Source: an uncultured SAR86 cluster bacterium (GTDB lineage: Bacteria; Pseudomonadota; Gammaproteobacteria; Magnimaribacterales; AG-339-G14). Taken from it: 64,000 nt of DNA. The position numbers and the translations under genes were made by a program. The notes under the pieces are model-generated. The model did not search any database. It had not been told where the DNA came from and worked only from the letters and a program-made list of their open reading frames with translations. Below are positions 41,941 to 51,798 of the stretch, piece by piece. The stretch lies in NCBI GenBank assembly GCA_902566955.1, contig CACFKX010000002.1, positions 15,706-79,705 of the forward strand. The letters are read 5' to 3'. How positions within the stretch are numbered: the stretch's first letter is position 1; the number at the start of each line of letters is the position of its first letter.

Positions 41941-43361
41941 TTTTCACCTAACTGAAATTTATTTGAAATATTTAGAAGCGAGGACTCCTCTAAAATGTTT
42001 CCTATGAATTGTATTCCAAGGGGCATATTATTCTTTTCTCCAAATGGTACAGATGTAGCAGGCAAACCTCCAAGGTTTGCAGGAATAGTAAAAATATCCT
42101 GTTTATACATTTCAACAGGATCAGTTATTGAACCTAAATCAAAAGCTTCTCCAGATGTTGTAGGTAACATTACTGAAGTAACATCTTTGAATGCATTAAC
42201 AAAATCACTTGAAATCAGGTTTCTAATCTTTTGTGCCTTTTTGTAGTAAGCGTCGTAAAATCCTGAAGATAAGCAATAAGTTCCAATAAGTATCCTTTTT
42301 TTTGTTTCGTTTCCAAAACCTTCTCCTCTAGATTTAAAATATAGATCTTCGAGATTTTCAACGTTCTCAGCTCTGTATCCAAATCTGATCCCATCATATC
42401 TAGATAGGTTAGCAGAACATTCAGCAGGGGCTATTACGTAATAAACGGGTAATGATAATTCTAAATTTGGCAATTCAATCTCTTTCGTCTTAATTTTTAA
42501 TTTTTCTAGCCTCTCGATGGCTTCACCATAATTTTTTGATAAATCTTCATCTCCAAAAGAATGAATTAAATCAGTAACCAAACCAACAACATGCTCAAAT
42601 TCACTTGATTCACAATCTTCAGAAAAATTGGGAACTTCCGCTTTTATCGAAGTAGCATCTTTTGAGTCGTACCCTGATATGCATTGAAGAGCAATCGCCG
42701 CATCTTTAATATTTTTTGCAAGTATTCCTCCCTGATCAAGACTTGATGCAAAGGCAATCATTCCATACCTAGATACTCTTCCGTAGGTTGGCTTAATTCC
42801 TGCTATACCGCAAAATGAAGCTGGTTGTCTTATAGATCCTCCTGTGTCAGTTCCAGTTGAAAAACTACTGAAGTTTGCGGCAACCGCTGCTGCAGATCCT
42901 CCAGAAGACCCTCCAGGAGTTTTTTTAATGTTAAGCGGATTTTTTACTGCCCCATAAAAGCTTGTTTCATTTGAAGATCCCATGGCAAATTCATCCATAT
43001 TTGCCTTTCCTAGACAAATTGATCCAGCTTGTTCTAACTTTTCTACAACTGTTGCCGAGTAGGGAGGATAAAAATTATCCAACATTTTTGATCCACATGA
43101 AGTTTTGATACCTTTAGTACAAAAAATGTCTTTGTGTACCATGGGTATTCCATTTAAAGGAACATCTTCTTGGCTCTTTTTGGACCCATCAGACTTTTTT
43201 GCTTCCTCAAGCGCTTTTTCAAAATCATTGGATACAAAGATATTGAGATCTTCTTTATCTTCTATTACCGAAATATAATTTTCTACCAGCTCTACGGAAG
43301 AAAATTTCTTTTCTCTTAAGCCATCTATCTGCTCTTGAAGTGTTAATGTTTCCAAATTCAT
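41937..43361 (-). CDS. gatA: Asp/Glu-tRNA amidotransferase subunit A
   Basis: 474 aa with the amidase signature GGSSGGSAAAVAA...GTDTGGSIRQPA. Confidence 0.95.
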   Translation of the reverse strand: MNLETLTLQEQIDGLREKKFSSVELVENYISVIEDKEDLNIFVSNDFEKALEEAKKSDGSKKSQEDVPLNGIPMVHKDIFCTKGIKTSCGSKMLDNFYPPYSATVVEKLEQAGSICLGKANMDEFAMGSSNETSFYGAVKNPLNIKKTPGGSSGGSAAAVAANFSSFSTGTDTGGSIRQPASFCGIAGIKPTYGRVSRYGMIAFASSLDQGGILAKNIKDAAIALQCISGYDSKDATSIKAEVPNFSEDCESSEFEHVVGLVTDLIHSFGDEDLSKNYGEAIERLEKLKIKTKEIELPNLELSLPVYYVIAPAECSANLSRYDGIRFGYRAENVENLEDLYFKSRGEGFGNETKKRILIGTYCLSSGFYDAYYKKAQKIRNLISSDFVNAFKDVTSVMLPTTSGEAFDLGSITDPVEMYKQDIFTIPANLGGLPATSVPFGEKNNMPLGIQFIGNILEESSLLNISNKFQLGEK

Positions 43362-43649
43362 TTATTCAATAACTTTAGGCACGAGGTAAAATCCGTCTTC
43401 AGTTTTATTTGAAGTTTTTTGAAGACTTTCTCTGTTGATATCTTTTGAAACTACATCTTCTCTTAAATTAAAATTATCTTTTATCGGATGACTTAGTTCT
43501 TCTATTTGATCGCAATCAATTTTATTGATTTTATCAATCATATTCATCGTCAAATTAAGATCCTCCTTCAATTTATCTCTCAGATTATCGTCAATTTTAA
43601 TCTTAGATAATTTCGAAAGATTTTCTAAAGTCTTATCATTTATAGTCAT
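43362..43649 (-). CDS. gatC: Asp/Glu-tRNA amidotransferase subunit C
   Basis: The start is moved to MTINDKTLENLSKLSKIKI... (95 aa, typical GatC size). The track's extra 27 codons would abut the divergent mreB start. Confidence 0.85.
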   Translation of the reverse strand: MTINDKTLENLSKLSKIKIDDNLRDKLKEDLNLTMNMIDKINKIDCDQIEELSHPIKDNFNLREDVVSKDINRESLQKTSNKTEDGFYLVPKVIE

Positions 43650-43729
43650 TTTTTTAAATTTTATTTTATTGCTATTTCTTGCCCCTTCGACACAGCATTG
43701 ATACGATTCGCTTATAAAACGAGAAAGCA

Positions 43730-44770
43730 ATGGTACTAAAATATTTTAGAGGATTATACTCCAATGATTTATCAATTGATCTTGGAACGGCAAATACTCT
43801 TGTTTACGTCCGAGATAAAGGAATTGTCCTCAATGAACCAAGTGTAGTTGCCATTAGAAAAACTGAAGGGGCAAGAACAGTAGTAGCAGTTGGAACTGAA
43901 GCAAAAAGGATGCTTGGAAGAGTACCAGGAAACATTGAAGCAATAAGACCGCTGAAAGATGGAGTGATAGCAGATTTTCAGGTTACTGAGAAAATGCTTC
44001 AACATTTTATTCAACAAGTTCATGGTGATAACTTTATGCGACCTAGCCCGAGAATTCTTGTGTGCGTACCTTGTCAGTCAACACAAGTGGAGCGAAGAGC
44101 AATCAGAGAGTCTGTGCTTGGAGCTGGAGCAAGAGAAGTAAGATTAATAGAAGAGCCTATGGCAGCTGCAATTGGAGCAGGACTTCCTGTAGAGGAGGCT
44201 TTTGGATCCATGGTAGTTGATATTGGTGGTGGTACCACTGAGGTTGCTATTCTGGCACTTAATGGAGTGGTTTACTCAAATTCACTAAAAACTGGTGGAG
44301 ACAGGCTTAATGAATCAATAATTTCTTATTTAAGAAGAAAATATGGAATTCTCATTGGTGAATCTACTGCTGAAAGAATAAAAGAAACTATTGGATGCGC
44401 TACTCCTGAAAGTGAGTTACAAGAGATGGAAATCAGAGGGCGTAATTTAGCTGAGGGTGTGCCTAACACTCTTTCTATTTCAAGTTTAGAAGTTTATGAA
44501 GCAATGTCTGGCCCTCTATCTTCTATATTGCAAGCAATTAAAAATGGTCTTGAGCAATCTCCGCCTGAGCTGAGTTCCGATATATCAGAAAGAGGAATTG
44601 TTTTGACTGGTGGAGGAGCCTTACTCAGAGACCTTGATGTTATGATCTCAGAACAAACAGGTATACCTGTTATCCCAGCTGATGATCCTCTTACTTGCGT
44701 TGCAAGAGGAGGGGGAGTTGCCTTAGAAATAATGGATAAATACGATATCGATCTTTTATCAACAGATTAA
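43730..44770 (+). CDS. mreB: Rod-shape actin homologue MreB
   Basis: 346 aa. [18 protein letters not shown] and [12 protein letters not shown] are highly similar to E. coli MreB over the full length. Confidence 0.97.
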   Translation: MVLKYFRGLYSNDLSIDLGTANTLVYVRDKGIVLNEPSVVAIRKTEGARTVVAVGTEAKRMLGRVPGNIEAIRPLKDGVIADFQVTEKMLQHFIQQVHGDNFMRPSPRILVCVPCQSTQVERRAIRESVLGAGAREVRLIEEPMAAAIGAGLPVEEAFGSMVVDIGGGTTEVAILALNGVVYSNSLKTGGDRLNESIISYLRRKYGILIGESTAERIKETIGCATPESELQEMEIRGRNLAEGVPNTLSISSLEVYEAMSGPLSSILQAIKNGLEQSPPELSSDISERGIVLTGGGALLRDLDVMISEQTGIPVIPADDPLTCVARGGGVALEIMDKYDIDLLSTD

Positions 44771-44779
44771 TAATCCCTT

Positions 44780-45625
44780 ATGGCCAAGGAGCATAAACAA
44801 GCTGTAATTGCTCAAAAAGCCATTTTTACAACTGGCTCCATGAGGCTTTCCAGAGTGGTTCCATCTATACTCTTTGCCATTTTAATTCTCGCAGCTGATG
44901 TTCGATTTAATGTAGGTGAAAAAGTAAAGATTTATGTTGGCTTTGCTACTGAGCCTATCATTTATATACCTCAATTTGTAAGAGGAGGATGGATTTCTTT
45001 TTCTGATTATTTCAAGGATAGGGAAATATTACAAAATCAAATACTACGCTTAGAAAAAGACGTCGATGATCAAAGATTCAATCTTATAAATTATGAAAGG
45101 GTCCTTCAGGAAAATATAGAACTGAAGAAATTACTGGGATATCAAGAAAAGACTAGTAAAAAAGAGTTCATCTATGGCGAAATAGAAGAGATAAATTATG
45201 CTCCTAAACCTTCACTAACTGTGGGGATTGATAGGAGTCAAAAAGCTGATCAAATGGTAGCATTTAATTGGACGGGCTTGATAGGATCGGTAGAGTTATC
45301 AGCAGGTTCCAAAGTTGAAATTAAACCAATCTTTGCTGAAGATTCTCAAATTCCTATAAGGAATAGAAGGACAAATTCAAACATGATTTTGGTTGGAACT
45401 GATATGCCTCAGAATTTTTTAATTAAAGGATTAAAGAAAAACGAAGATATTGTTCCAGGCGATAAACTTGTAACATCCGGTCTTGGCAAGAAATATCCCA
45501 AGGGAATTGATGTAGGAATAGTTAATAAAATTTCAGCAACATCAAATAATGAATTTTTAGAAATAGAGGTATTAGGAACTTCAGAATTTAGTTCTGGAGA
45601 TCAAATTTTGTTAACTTTACCGTAA
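44780..45625 (+). CDS. mreC: Rod-shape protein MreC
   Basis: 281 aa with an N-terminal TM, a coiled coil and a beta-rich C-domain (VTSGLGKKYPKGIDVG). Lies between mreB and mreD. Confidence 0.85.
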   Translation: MAKEHKQAVIAQKAIFTTGSMRLSRVVPSILFAILILAADVRFNVGEKVKIYVGFATEPIIYIPQFVRGGWISFSDYFKDREILQNQILRLEKDVDDQRFNLINYERVLQENIELKKLLGYQEKTSKKEFIYGEIEEINYAPKPSLTVGIDRSQKADQMVAFNWTGLIGSVELSAGSKVEIKPIFAEDSQIPIRNRRTNSNMILVGTDMPQNFLIKGLKKNEDIVPGDKLVTSGLGKKYPKGIDVGIVNKISATSNNEFLEIEVLGTSEFSSGDQILLTLP

Positions 45626-46137
45626 TGGCTTATTTTTCTTCAAGAAATCCTAATAAGACTTTTTCCACTCAGTTAGCAATTGGCATTTCATTAATATTTG
45701 GAGTTTTTTTGCAATCGCTCTTAAATTTCTTTTCATTCGAAATTTATGGATCTTCCATTCCAATTACTTTAATGATTCTAATTTATTGGAATATTGCTTT
45801 ACCAAAAAATATTGGTCTGTCTTGGTCATTTATTGCAGGGATTCTATTAGATTTGAATCTGGGATATTTTTTAGGAACTCATGTAATTTTATTTTTATTT
45901 ATTTCTTATTTAACTCAAAGATATTTTCATCGGATTAGAGCTATGTTTCAAATTCAACAATCTCTCTTGATAGCAAGTATCGTATTTCTTTATCTTTTAA
46001 GTCTTTATGTTTTCTTTCAGGAATTCAGTTTTTTTGTCATCCTTGCAATTATATTAAATAGTTTGATCTCAGCTTTTGTATGGCCTATTTTATTTGGATT
46101 ATTGAGGATCATCAGAAGAAAATATACCTATGCGTAA
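45625..46137 (+). CDS. mreD: Rod-shape protein MreD
   Basis: 170 aa and polytopic. The ATG overlaps the mreC stop (TAATG). The call rests on position and topology. Confidence 0.75.
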   Translation: MAYFSSRNPNKTFSTQLAIGISLIFGVFLQSLLNFFSFEIYGSSIPITLMILIYWNIALPKNIGLSWSFIAGILLDLNLGYFLGTHVILFLFISYLTQRYFHRIRAMFQIQQSLLIASIVFLYLLSLYVFFQEFSFFVILAIILNSLISAFVWPILFGLLRIIRRKYTYA

Positions 46138-47468
46138 ACGATAGATGCGACTCCAAGGAAAGTAAAAAAACCAACGATATCTGTTACTGTTGTAACTATT
46201 ACTCCACCGCCAATGGCAGGATCAAATTTTAATTTTCTTAATACCAGAGGTATGGAGATACCTGACAAGGCTGCTGCAATTAAATTGATGGTCATAGAGA
46301 AGATAATAATTAAAAAGATGTCAAAATCTTTAAACCAAAATGAAGCTATCAAACCTAAAATTATTGACCAAAAAAGACCGTTCCAAAAAGAAACAATTAA
46401 TTCTCTTGATAATATCCATCTTAAGTTGCCTGAAACTATTTGACCTAATGCCAAGCCCCTTACAGTAATTGCAAGAGTTTGAGTTGCAGCAACACCGCCC
46501 ATACTGGCAATAATTGGCATTAAAACTGCTAAAAATATGACTTTTTCAATAGTGTCTTGGAAGAGATTAATAACTGAAGAGGCAAGAAGAGCTGTTATGA
46601 GGTTTGCACCCAACCACAATCCTCGAGATCTTAAAGCTAAGAAGGTTTCTTGAAAAGTATCCCTACTTAAACCTGAAATTTGTCTGAAGGGCTGATCAAC
46701 TTCTTCTTTGATGGAATCAATGACATCATCAATGGTAATTCTTCCTAAAAGTTCACCATCAACGTTAGTGACTGGAGCAGAAATTAGATGATTACGTTCA
46801 AATAATCTATCTACTTCTTTCTCTGAGTTCGTAGCAAGCAAAGAATGAAATTTTCTGATCATCAAGTCTTCGGCTTTCTCTGAACTTTTAGCGGATAAGA
46901 TTTTAGTAAGAGGCAAATTTCCTCTTAAAATATTATTTCTATTCACAACAAAAACTTTATCCATATCCTGGGGGAGCTCATCTCTAATCCTGAGGTAACG
47001 TCTTATCACTTCAATAGTATGAGAGGGTCTTACCACTACAACGTCAGGATTCATCATTCTTCCCGCAGTACCTTTTGCAAAAGAGAGATCTTTACTGACA
47101 AGCCTTCTGTTTTGGCTTGACATTGCTTTCAAAACATCTCCAATTACCTTTTCAGGCAATTCCTGAATAATTTCAACTATTTCATCCGCTTCAAGCTTTT
47201 CTGTTACTTGAGCAACCTCAGTTGCATCCATACTAGATAGGAAGAATTCTCTTACCTCTACTGATAACTCATTTAATACTTCTCCTTCGACATTAAAATC
47301 TACAAGCTCCCATAAAATCCTTCTGTTGTTAGGGCTGCTTGATTCCAAAGCTGATGCAATATCAAAGGGCGACATGCTATTAAACATGCCTCTAATAAGT
47401 TCAAATCTTTTTTTTGTGAGTTGTTTTTGGATTTCTTCAGAGAGAGAAATGTTGCTTCCTTGGATCAT
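46128..47468 (-). CDS. mgtE: Magnesium transporter MgtE
   Basis: 446 aa with an N-domain, a CBS pair and a 5-TM domain (PIIASMGGVAATQT...GGVIVTTVTDIVGF). Confidence 0.92.
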   Translation of the reverse strand: MIQGSNISLSEEIQKQLTKKRFELIRGMFNSMSPFDIASALESSSPNNRRILWELVDFNVEGEVLNELSVEVREFFLSSMDATEVAQVTEKLEADEIVEIIQELPEKVIGDVLKAMSSQNRRLVSKDLSFAKGTAGRMMNPDVVVVRPSHTIEVIRRYLRIRDELPQDMDKVFVVNRNNILRGNLPLTKILSAKSSEKAEDLMIRKFHSLLATNSEKEVDRLFERNHLISAPVTNVDGELLGRITIDDVIDSIKEEVDQPFRQISGLSRDTFQETFLALRSRGLWLGANLITALLASSVINLFQDTIEKVIFLAVLMPIIASMGGVAATQTLAITVRGLALGQIVSGNLRWILSRELIVSFWNGLFWSIILGLIASFWFKDFDIFLIIIFSMTINLIAAALSGISIPLVLRKLKFDPAIGGGVIVTTVTDIVGFFTFLGVASIVYA

Positions 47469-47479
47469 CTCAAGAAATT

Positions 47480-48196
47480 TTAAGTTAAATTTTCGCCTAA
47501 ATATATTTGTTGTACCGTATTATTCTCTTTAATACTGGAAGGATTACCCGATGCAATTATTTCTCCATTATTAATCACCGAAATATTGTCACAAATATCC
47601 ATTGTTGCTTGAGCATTGTGATCACTTATAACGACACCGACATTTTTGGCACGTAGTTTTGAAATAATATTTTTGATTTCATTTATTGTTAATGGATCAA
47701 TCCCTGCAAAAGGTTCGTCTAATAAAATAAATTTAGGTTCAAGAGCAAAAGCTCTGGCTATCTCTAGTTTTCTTCTTTGGCCGCCTGAAAGATTTTCGGA
47801 GATTTGTTTCTCTAGACTAAAAAGATCAAATTCTTTCATTATGCTTGTATATTTATCTTCTATTTCAATATTTTTGAACTTTGTCTGCAGGGCAGCTTTG
47901 ATATTATCTGCAACTGATAGTTTTCTGAATACAGATGGTTCTTGTGGCAAATAAATTATTCCTTTTGAAGCTCTAAAAGAAATATCCTTGAAAGTAATAT
48001 CGTATTCATCAAGAAAAATTTTCCCTGAGGTAGTCATCTCCAAACCAGAGATTAAAGAAAATAAAGTAGTTTTCCCTGCACCGTTAGGTCCCAGTAGCCC
48101 AAATACTTCAGAGCTTCTTATTTGAAGATCGATCCCGTGTAAGATTTCTTTTTTCTTAAAGCTTTTTTTAATATTTTTGAGTTCAAGAGTTTTCAC
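47480..48196 (-). CDS. lptB: LPS export ABC transporter ATPase LptB
   Basis: 238 aa. GLLGPNGAGKTT, YLPQEPSVFRKLSV, LSGGQRRKLEIARA and FILLDEPFAGIDP align with E. coli LptB. Confidence 0.93.
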   Translation of the reverse strand: MKTLELKNIKKSFKKKEILHGIDLQIRSSEVFGLLGPNGAGKTTLFSLISGLEMTTSGKIFLDEYDITFKDISFRASKGIIYLPQEPSVFRKLSVADNIKAALQTKFKNIEIEDKYTSIMKEFDLFSLEKQISENLSGGQRRKLEIARAFALEPKFILLDEPFAGIDPLTINEIKNIISKLRAKNVGVVISDHNAQATMDICDNISVINNGEIIASGNPSSIKENNTVQQIYLGENLT

Positions 48197-48902
48197 TTTT
48201 GATCCCCAAATTTTCCGAATTTAAAATGCTGTTATTTTTATAGTCAAAGACGATATCTTCACCAGAAATATTTTTGCCATCAATAAAAATGCTTGATGTT
48301 CCAGAAAGATATAAAAGCTTTCTTTTTAAATCTATCTTAATTTCATCAGAAAGCCCTTTAAAAATATTCTTTTTAGAAAAACTTATAGGATTTCCTGACA
48401 CAGAAATTAATTCATCAGATAGAGAAACTTCTTTCCCTGAAAAGGAAATATCATTGTGGTTCAAATTCAGATTTTTTGAACTTAAATACTCTTTATCAAT
48501 GTCTACAAAAACTTTTTCTGCAAAAAGGTCTATCTTTTCTTTATCTTTGATAAGGATCAAATTTATTTTTTCTGATAGATCAAACTGATTACTCTCAAAG
48601 AAAAAAACACCCTTATTTGCTGACAACTTTACTAGATAGCTATCCTTATTATTTATCTCAATTTTAGGTTTGAAGATTGATAAGTTATTGGAATTAGAGA
48701 GAGCATTAATCATCTCGCTTTCGATGGTGTAAAAAATTTCTTTGTTTTTTGAGGAAGATCTAATTTCAATTTCTTTTGCATTAAATATTGAAGAATTATT
48801 GTCTTTTGAGGAAAGAGACTCATTTTCAATTGTTATAAAAAGAAAAGAGCCTGTAAGAGCTAATGCTAGGACACAATAAACAATTAATCGCCATCCCATC
48901 AA
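48183..48902 (-). CDS. lptC: LptC/LptA-like (OstA-fold) periplasmic LPS-transport protein with N-terminal anchor or signal
   Basis: 239 aa with one N-terminal hydrophobic segment followed by a beta-rich, repeat-like sequence. It occupies the lptC-lptA slot between kdsD and lptB. The family call rests on position and composition, not strong motifs. Confidence 0.5.
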   Translation of the reverse strand: MMGWRLIVYCVLALALTGSFLFITIENESLSSKDNNSSIFNAKEIEIRSSSKNKEIFYTIESEMINALSNSNNLSIFKPKIEINNKDSYLVKLSANKGVFFFESNQFDLSEKINLILIKDKEKIDLFAEKVFVDIDKEYLSSKNLNLNHNDISFSGKEVSLSDELISVSGNPISFSKKNIFKGLSDEIKIDLKRKLLYLSGTSSIFIDGKNISGEDIVFDYKNNSILNSENLGIKSENS

Positions 48903-49867
48903 AATACTCGTGATTCATTTAACTCATGCATTCTTATGACGCCTATGACCTTTTTTTGTTTTTTTACAACTAAGCTATAGATTTTATTCTTGGACATAAT
49001 CTCTCTGGCTAAGTAGGCATTTTTATTATGCTCAATACTTTTAAAAGATTTTGTCATTACTTTTGATATTGATAAATTTCTTATATCGATTTTTTTATTT
49101 AAAGTTCTTCTCAAATCTCCGTCAGTGAAAATTGCATTAATGGATTGTTTTGAATTTTTCACTAAACAAAACCCCAAGCCAAATTGTGTAATGACTTTAA
49201 TTGCTTCTAATATCGAGGTATTTTCTTTTACGATAGGTATTTCTTTAATATCAATCATTAAATCTTTCGCAAGGAGAAATCTTTTTCCTAATTTCCCCCC
49301 AGGATGATTTTCAGCAAATTCTTTTGGACTGAATCTATTATTTTTCAACAATGCAATAGATATTGCATCTCCTAACATGAGCATAAATGAAGTGCTTGTT
49401 GTTGGCGCTAAATTATTTGGACAAGCCTCTTTATCTACTTTTGCCTCAAGATGTACCAGGGAATTTTTGGCAATAGAGGACTCTTCATTTCCAGTAATTG
49501 AAAGAATATTCTTTGTCTTTTTTATAAGACCGCTAAGTATCAGAACAATTTCATCGGTTTCACCAGAATTTGAAATTATTAAAATTCCATCATTCTTAGA
49601 AATGGCCCCAAGATCACCATGGCTTGCTTCTGATGGATTGATAAAAAAAGAGGGTGTGCCAGTGCTTGATAAAGTAGATGAAATTTTTGCAGCAATATGA
49701 CCTGATTTTCCTACACCCATTAAAACTAATTTACCTTTAAGCTTTTTTATATGGTTGCAAATTAAATTAAAATCTTTTTTAGATAAATTATTTAATGAGT
49801 GATTTATTGATGAAATTTCATCTCTAAAAGTTTTTTTTGCATGAATGAAAAAGTTATCTGCAGTCAT
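48899..49867 (-). CDS. kdsD: Arabinose-5-phosphate isomerase (SIS + tandem CBS)
   Basis: 322 aa with the SIS motif GVGKSGHIAAKISSTLSSTGTPSFF and C-terminal CBS domains. Confidence 0.92.
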   Translation of the reverse strand: MTADNFFIHAKKTFRDEISSINHSLNNLSKKDFNLICNHIKKLKGKLVLMGVGKSGHIAAKISSTLSSTGTPSFFINPSEASHGDLGAISKNDGILIISNSGETDEIVLILSGLIKKTKNILSITGNEESSIAKNSLVHLEAKVDKEACPNNLAPTTSTSFMLMLGDAISIALLKNNRFSPKEFAENHPGGKLGKRFLLAKDLMIDIKEIPIVKENTSILEAIKVITQFGLGFCLVKNSKQSINAIFTDGDLRRTLNKKIDIRNLSISKVMTKSFKSIEHNKNAYLAREIMSKNKIYSLVVKKQKKVIGVIRMHELNESRVF

Positions 49868-49911
49868 TATTTTTAAATTTCAATTAAGAACATATAGTAA
49901 ACTTACTAATC

Positions 49912-50532
49912 ATGATAAGGAAATTTGCTTCACAGATTAATTTTATATTAATTGCATTGATGTTATTGATTCATCCTGTCTCCGCAGATGATGAATTAGA
50001 TGATTATGTCAATAATCAACATGAAAAAATATTTTCATTCTTAAAGGAAAATGCAGAAATGTTAAGTGAAAACAATCGAATCGATCTCATAGAGAAAGAA
50101 TTTTCAGGGCTTATTTCTATAAGCGAAATATCCAAACGGGTTATGGGTAAGAAATATTTCATGAGTGCTACAGAGGAACAAAGAAAAAGATTTAATAACA
50201 AATTCAAGGAGACTTTTTTTAACACTTATTCGAGCGCCTTAAGTAATTTAGAGGACCAAAAAATTGAAGTCATAGGTCATGCTCATCCAAAGGATATGCC
50301 GAATGCAGCAATTGTAAGAGTGAGAATAACATCAGGCGAGGATTCATATGATCTCAACTATCAAATGATAAAAAAGAAAAATAGATGGGGAGTTATCAAT
50401 ATAATTTTCAGCGGAGTAAATATCGTTTCTATTTTTAAAACTCAATTCTCATCTCTTGCTTCTGAATATCAAGATGATCTTGATAAAGTAATAGATGGCT
50501 GGGAAATTTCAGATATTAGGCAGAATTCTTAA
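49912..50532 (+). CDS. mlaC: Phospholipid-binding periplasmic protein MlaC (Ttg2D/toluene-tolerance family)
   Basis: 206 aa with a signal peptide (...HPVSA). It has the family pattern RVMGKKYFMSATEEQRKRF...F and W.V.N....GV. Divergent from kdsD and upstream of murA, as the mla operon is in E. coli. Confidence 0.75.
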   Translation: MIRKFASQINFILIALMLLIHPVSADDELDDYVNNQHEKIFSFLKENAEMLSENNRIDLIEKEFSGLISISEISKRVMGKKYFMSATEEQRKRFNNKFKETFFNTYSSALSNLEDQKIEVIGHAHPKDMPNAAIVRVRITSGEDSYDLNYQMIKKKNRWGVINIIFSGVNIVSIFKTQFSSLASEYQDDLDKVIDGWEISDIRQNS

Positions 50533-51798
50533 ATGGATAAATTGGTAGTCGAGGGCGGTTTTCAGCTTAACGGTTCTATTACATCATCCGGAGCAAAAAA
50601 TTCTGCCTTACCTATCCTGGCTGCATCAATACTCCTTGATGATCCAATAATTATAAGAAATATTCCTCATCTTAATGATGTCACTACTATGCTTGAATTG
50701 CTTGGTTCCATGGGTGTCGACATGACTTTATCTGAAGACATGGAAGTAGAGCTAGATCCATCCGGTTTGAATGATGTAGGTGCAAGATATGAATTGGTTA
50801 AAACAATGAGAGCTTCCGTGCTAGTTTTGGGGCCACTTTTAGCAAAAACTGGCTACGCGAAAGTAGCTCTTCCGGGTGGATGCGCAATCGGGAGTCGTCC
50901 AGTCAATCTTCACATAGACATAATGAAGAAAATGGGATCAGAAATTTTTATAAAAGATGGATACATTGAGGCAAAGTCTAACGGTAGGCTTAAAGGTTGT
51001 GAGTTTCACTTTGATCTAGTAAGTGTTACTGCAACTGAGAATGCTCTGATGGCTGCATGTTTGGCTGAGGGAACTTCAATCCTTAAGAACTGCGCAAGGG
51101 AACCTGAGGTATCTGATCTTGCAAATTGTTTAAATGATTGCGGTGCAAAAATATCTGGGATTGGATCTGATGAACTGGTCATCGAAGGAGTAAAAGAGCT
51201 ACATGGAACATCCTTCTCAATAATGCCTGACAGAATTGAAACCGCAACTTATTTAGTTGCAACCACTATGACAGGCGGTGAAATTACTATTAAGAACTGT
51301 AAACCAAACTCATTGGGTGCAGTCATAACTAAATTAGAAGAGGCTGGCGCAAATATAGTGTGTAAAGAGAGTGAAATTAACTTAAAAATGAAAGAGGAAT
51401 TACCAAAATCAACCTCTCTAAGCACAGCGCCGTTTCCTTCATTTCCAACAGACATGCAAGCACAATTTATAGCCTTAAATTCCATTTCTAATGGGTCTGC
51501 AACAGTGACAGAAACAGTATTTGAAAATAGGTTCATGCATGTAAATGAGCTTATAAGAATGGGAGGAGATATAGAACTGAGAGGAAATACTGCCTTTATA
51601 AAAGGTAAAGGCAGGAAATTAATCGCCGCTCCGGTAATGGCAACAGATTTAAGAGCTTCAGCTAGCTTAGTGCTTGCAGGTCTTGTTGCAAAAGGAGAAA
51701 CTTTAGTTGATAGGATTTATCACATTGATAGAGGATACGAAAGAATAGAGGAAAAACTTAAGCTTTTGGGTGCAAAAATAGAAAGGATTTCAGCATGA
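50533..51798 (+). CDS. murA: UDP-N-acetylglucosamine 1-carboxyvinyltransferase
   Basis: 421 aa with [13 protein letters not shown] and the active-site [12 protein letters not shown]. Confidence 0.96.
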   Translation: MDKLVVEGGFQLNGSITSSGAKNSALPILAASILLDDPIIIRNIPHLNDVTTMLELLGSMGVDMTLSEDMEVELDPSGLNDVGARYELVKTMRASVLVLGPLLAKTGYAKVALPGGCAIGSRPVNLHIDIMKKMGSEIFIKDGYIEAKSNGRLKGCEFHFDLVSVTATENALMAACLAEGTSILKNCAREPEVSDLANCLNDCGAKISGIGSDELVIEGVKELHGTSFSIMPDRIETATYLVATTMTGGEITIKNCKPNSLGAVITKLEEAGANIVCKESEINLKMKEELPKSTSLSTAPFPSFPTDMQAQFIALNSISNGSATVTETVFENRFMHVNELIRMGGDIELRGNTAFIKGKGRKLIAAPVMATDLRASASLVLAGLVAKGETLVDRIYHIDRGYERIEEKLKLLGAKIERISA

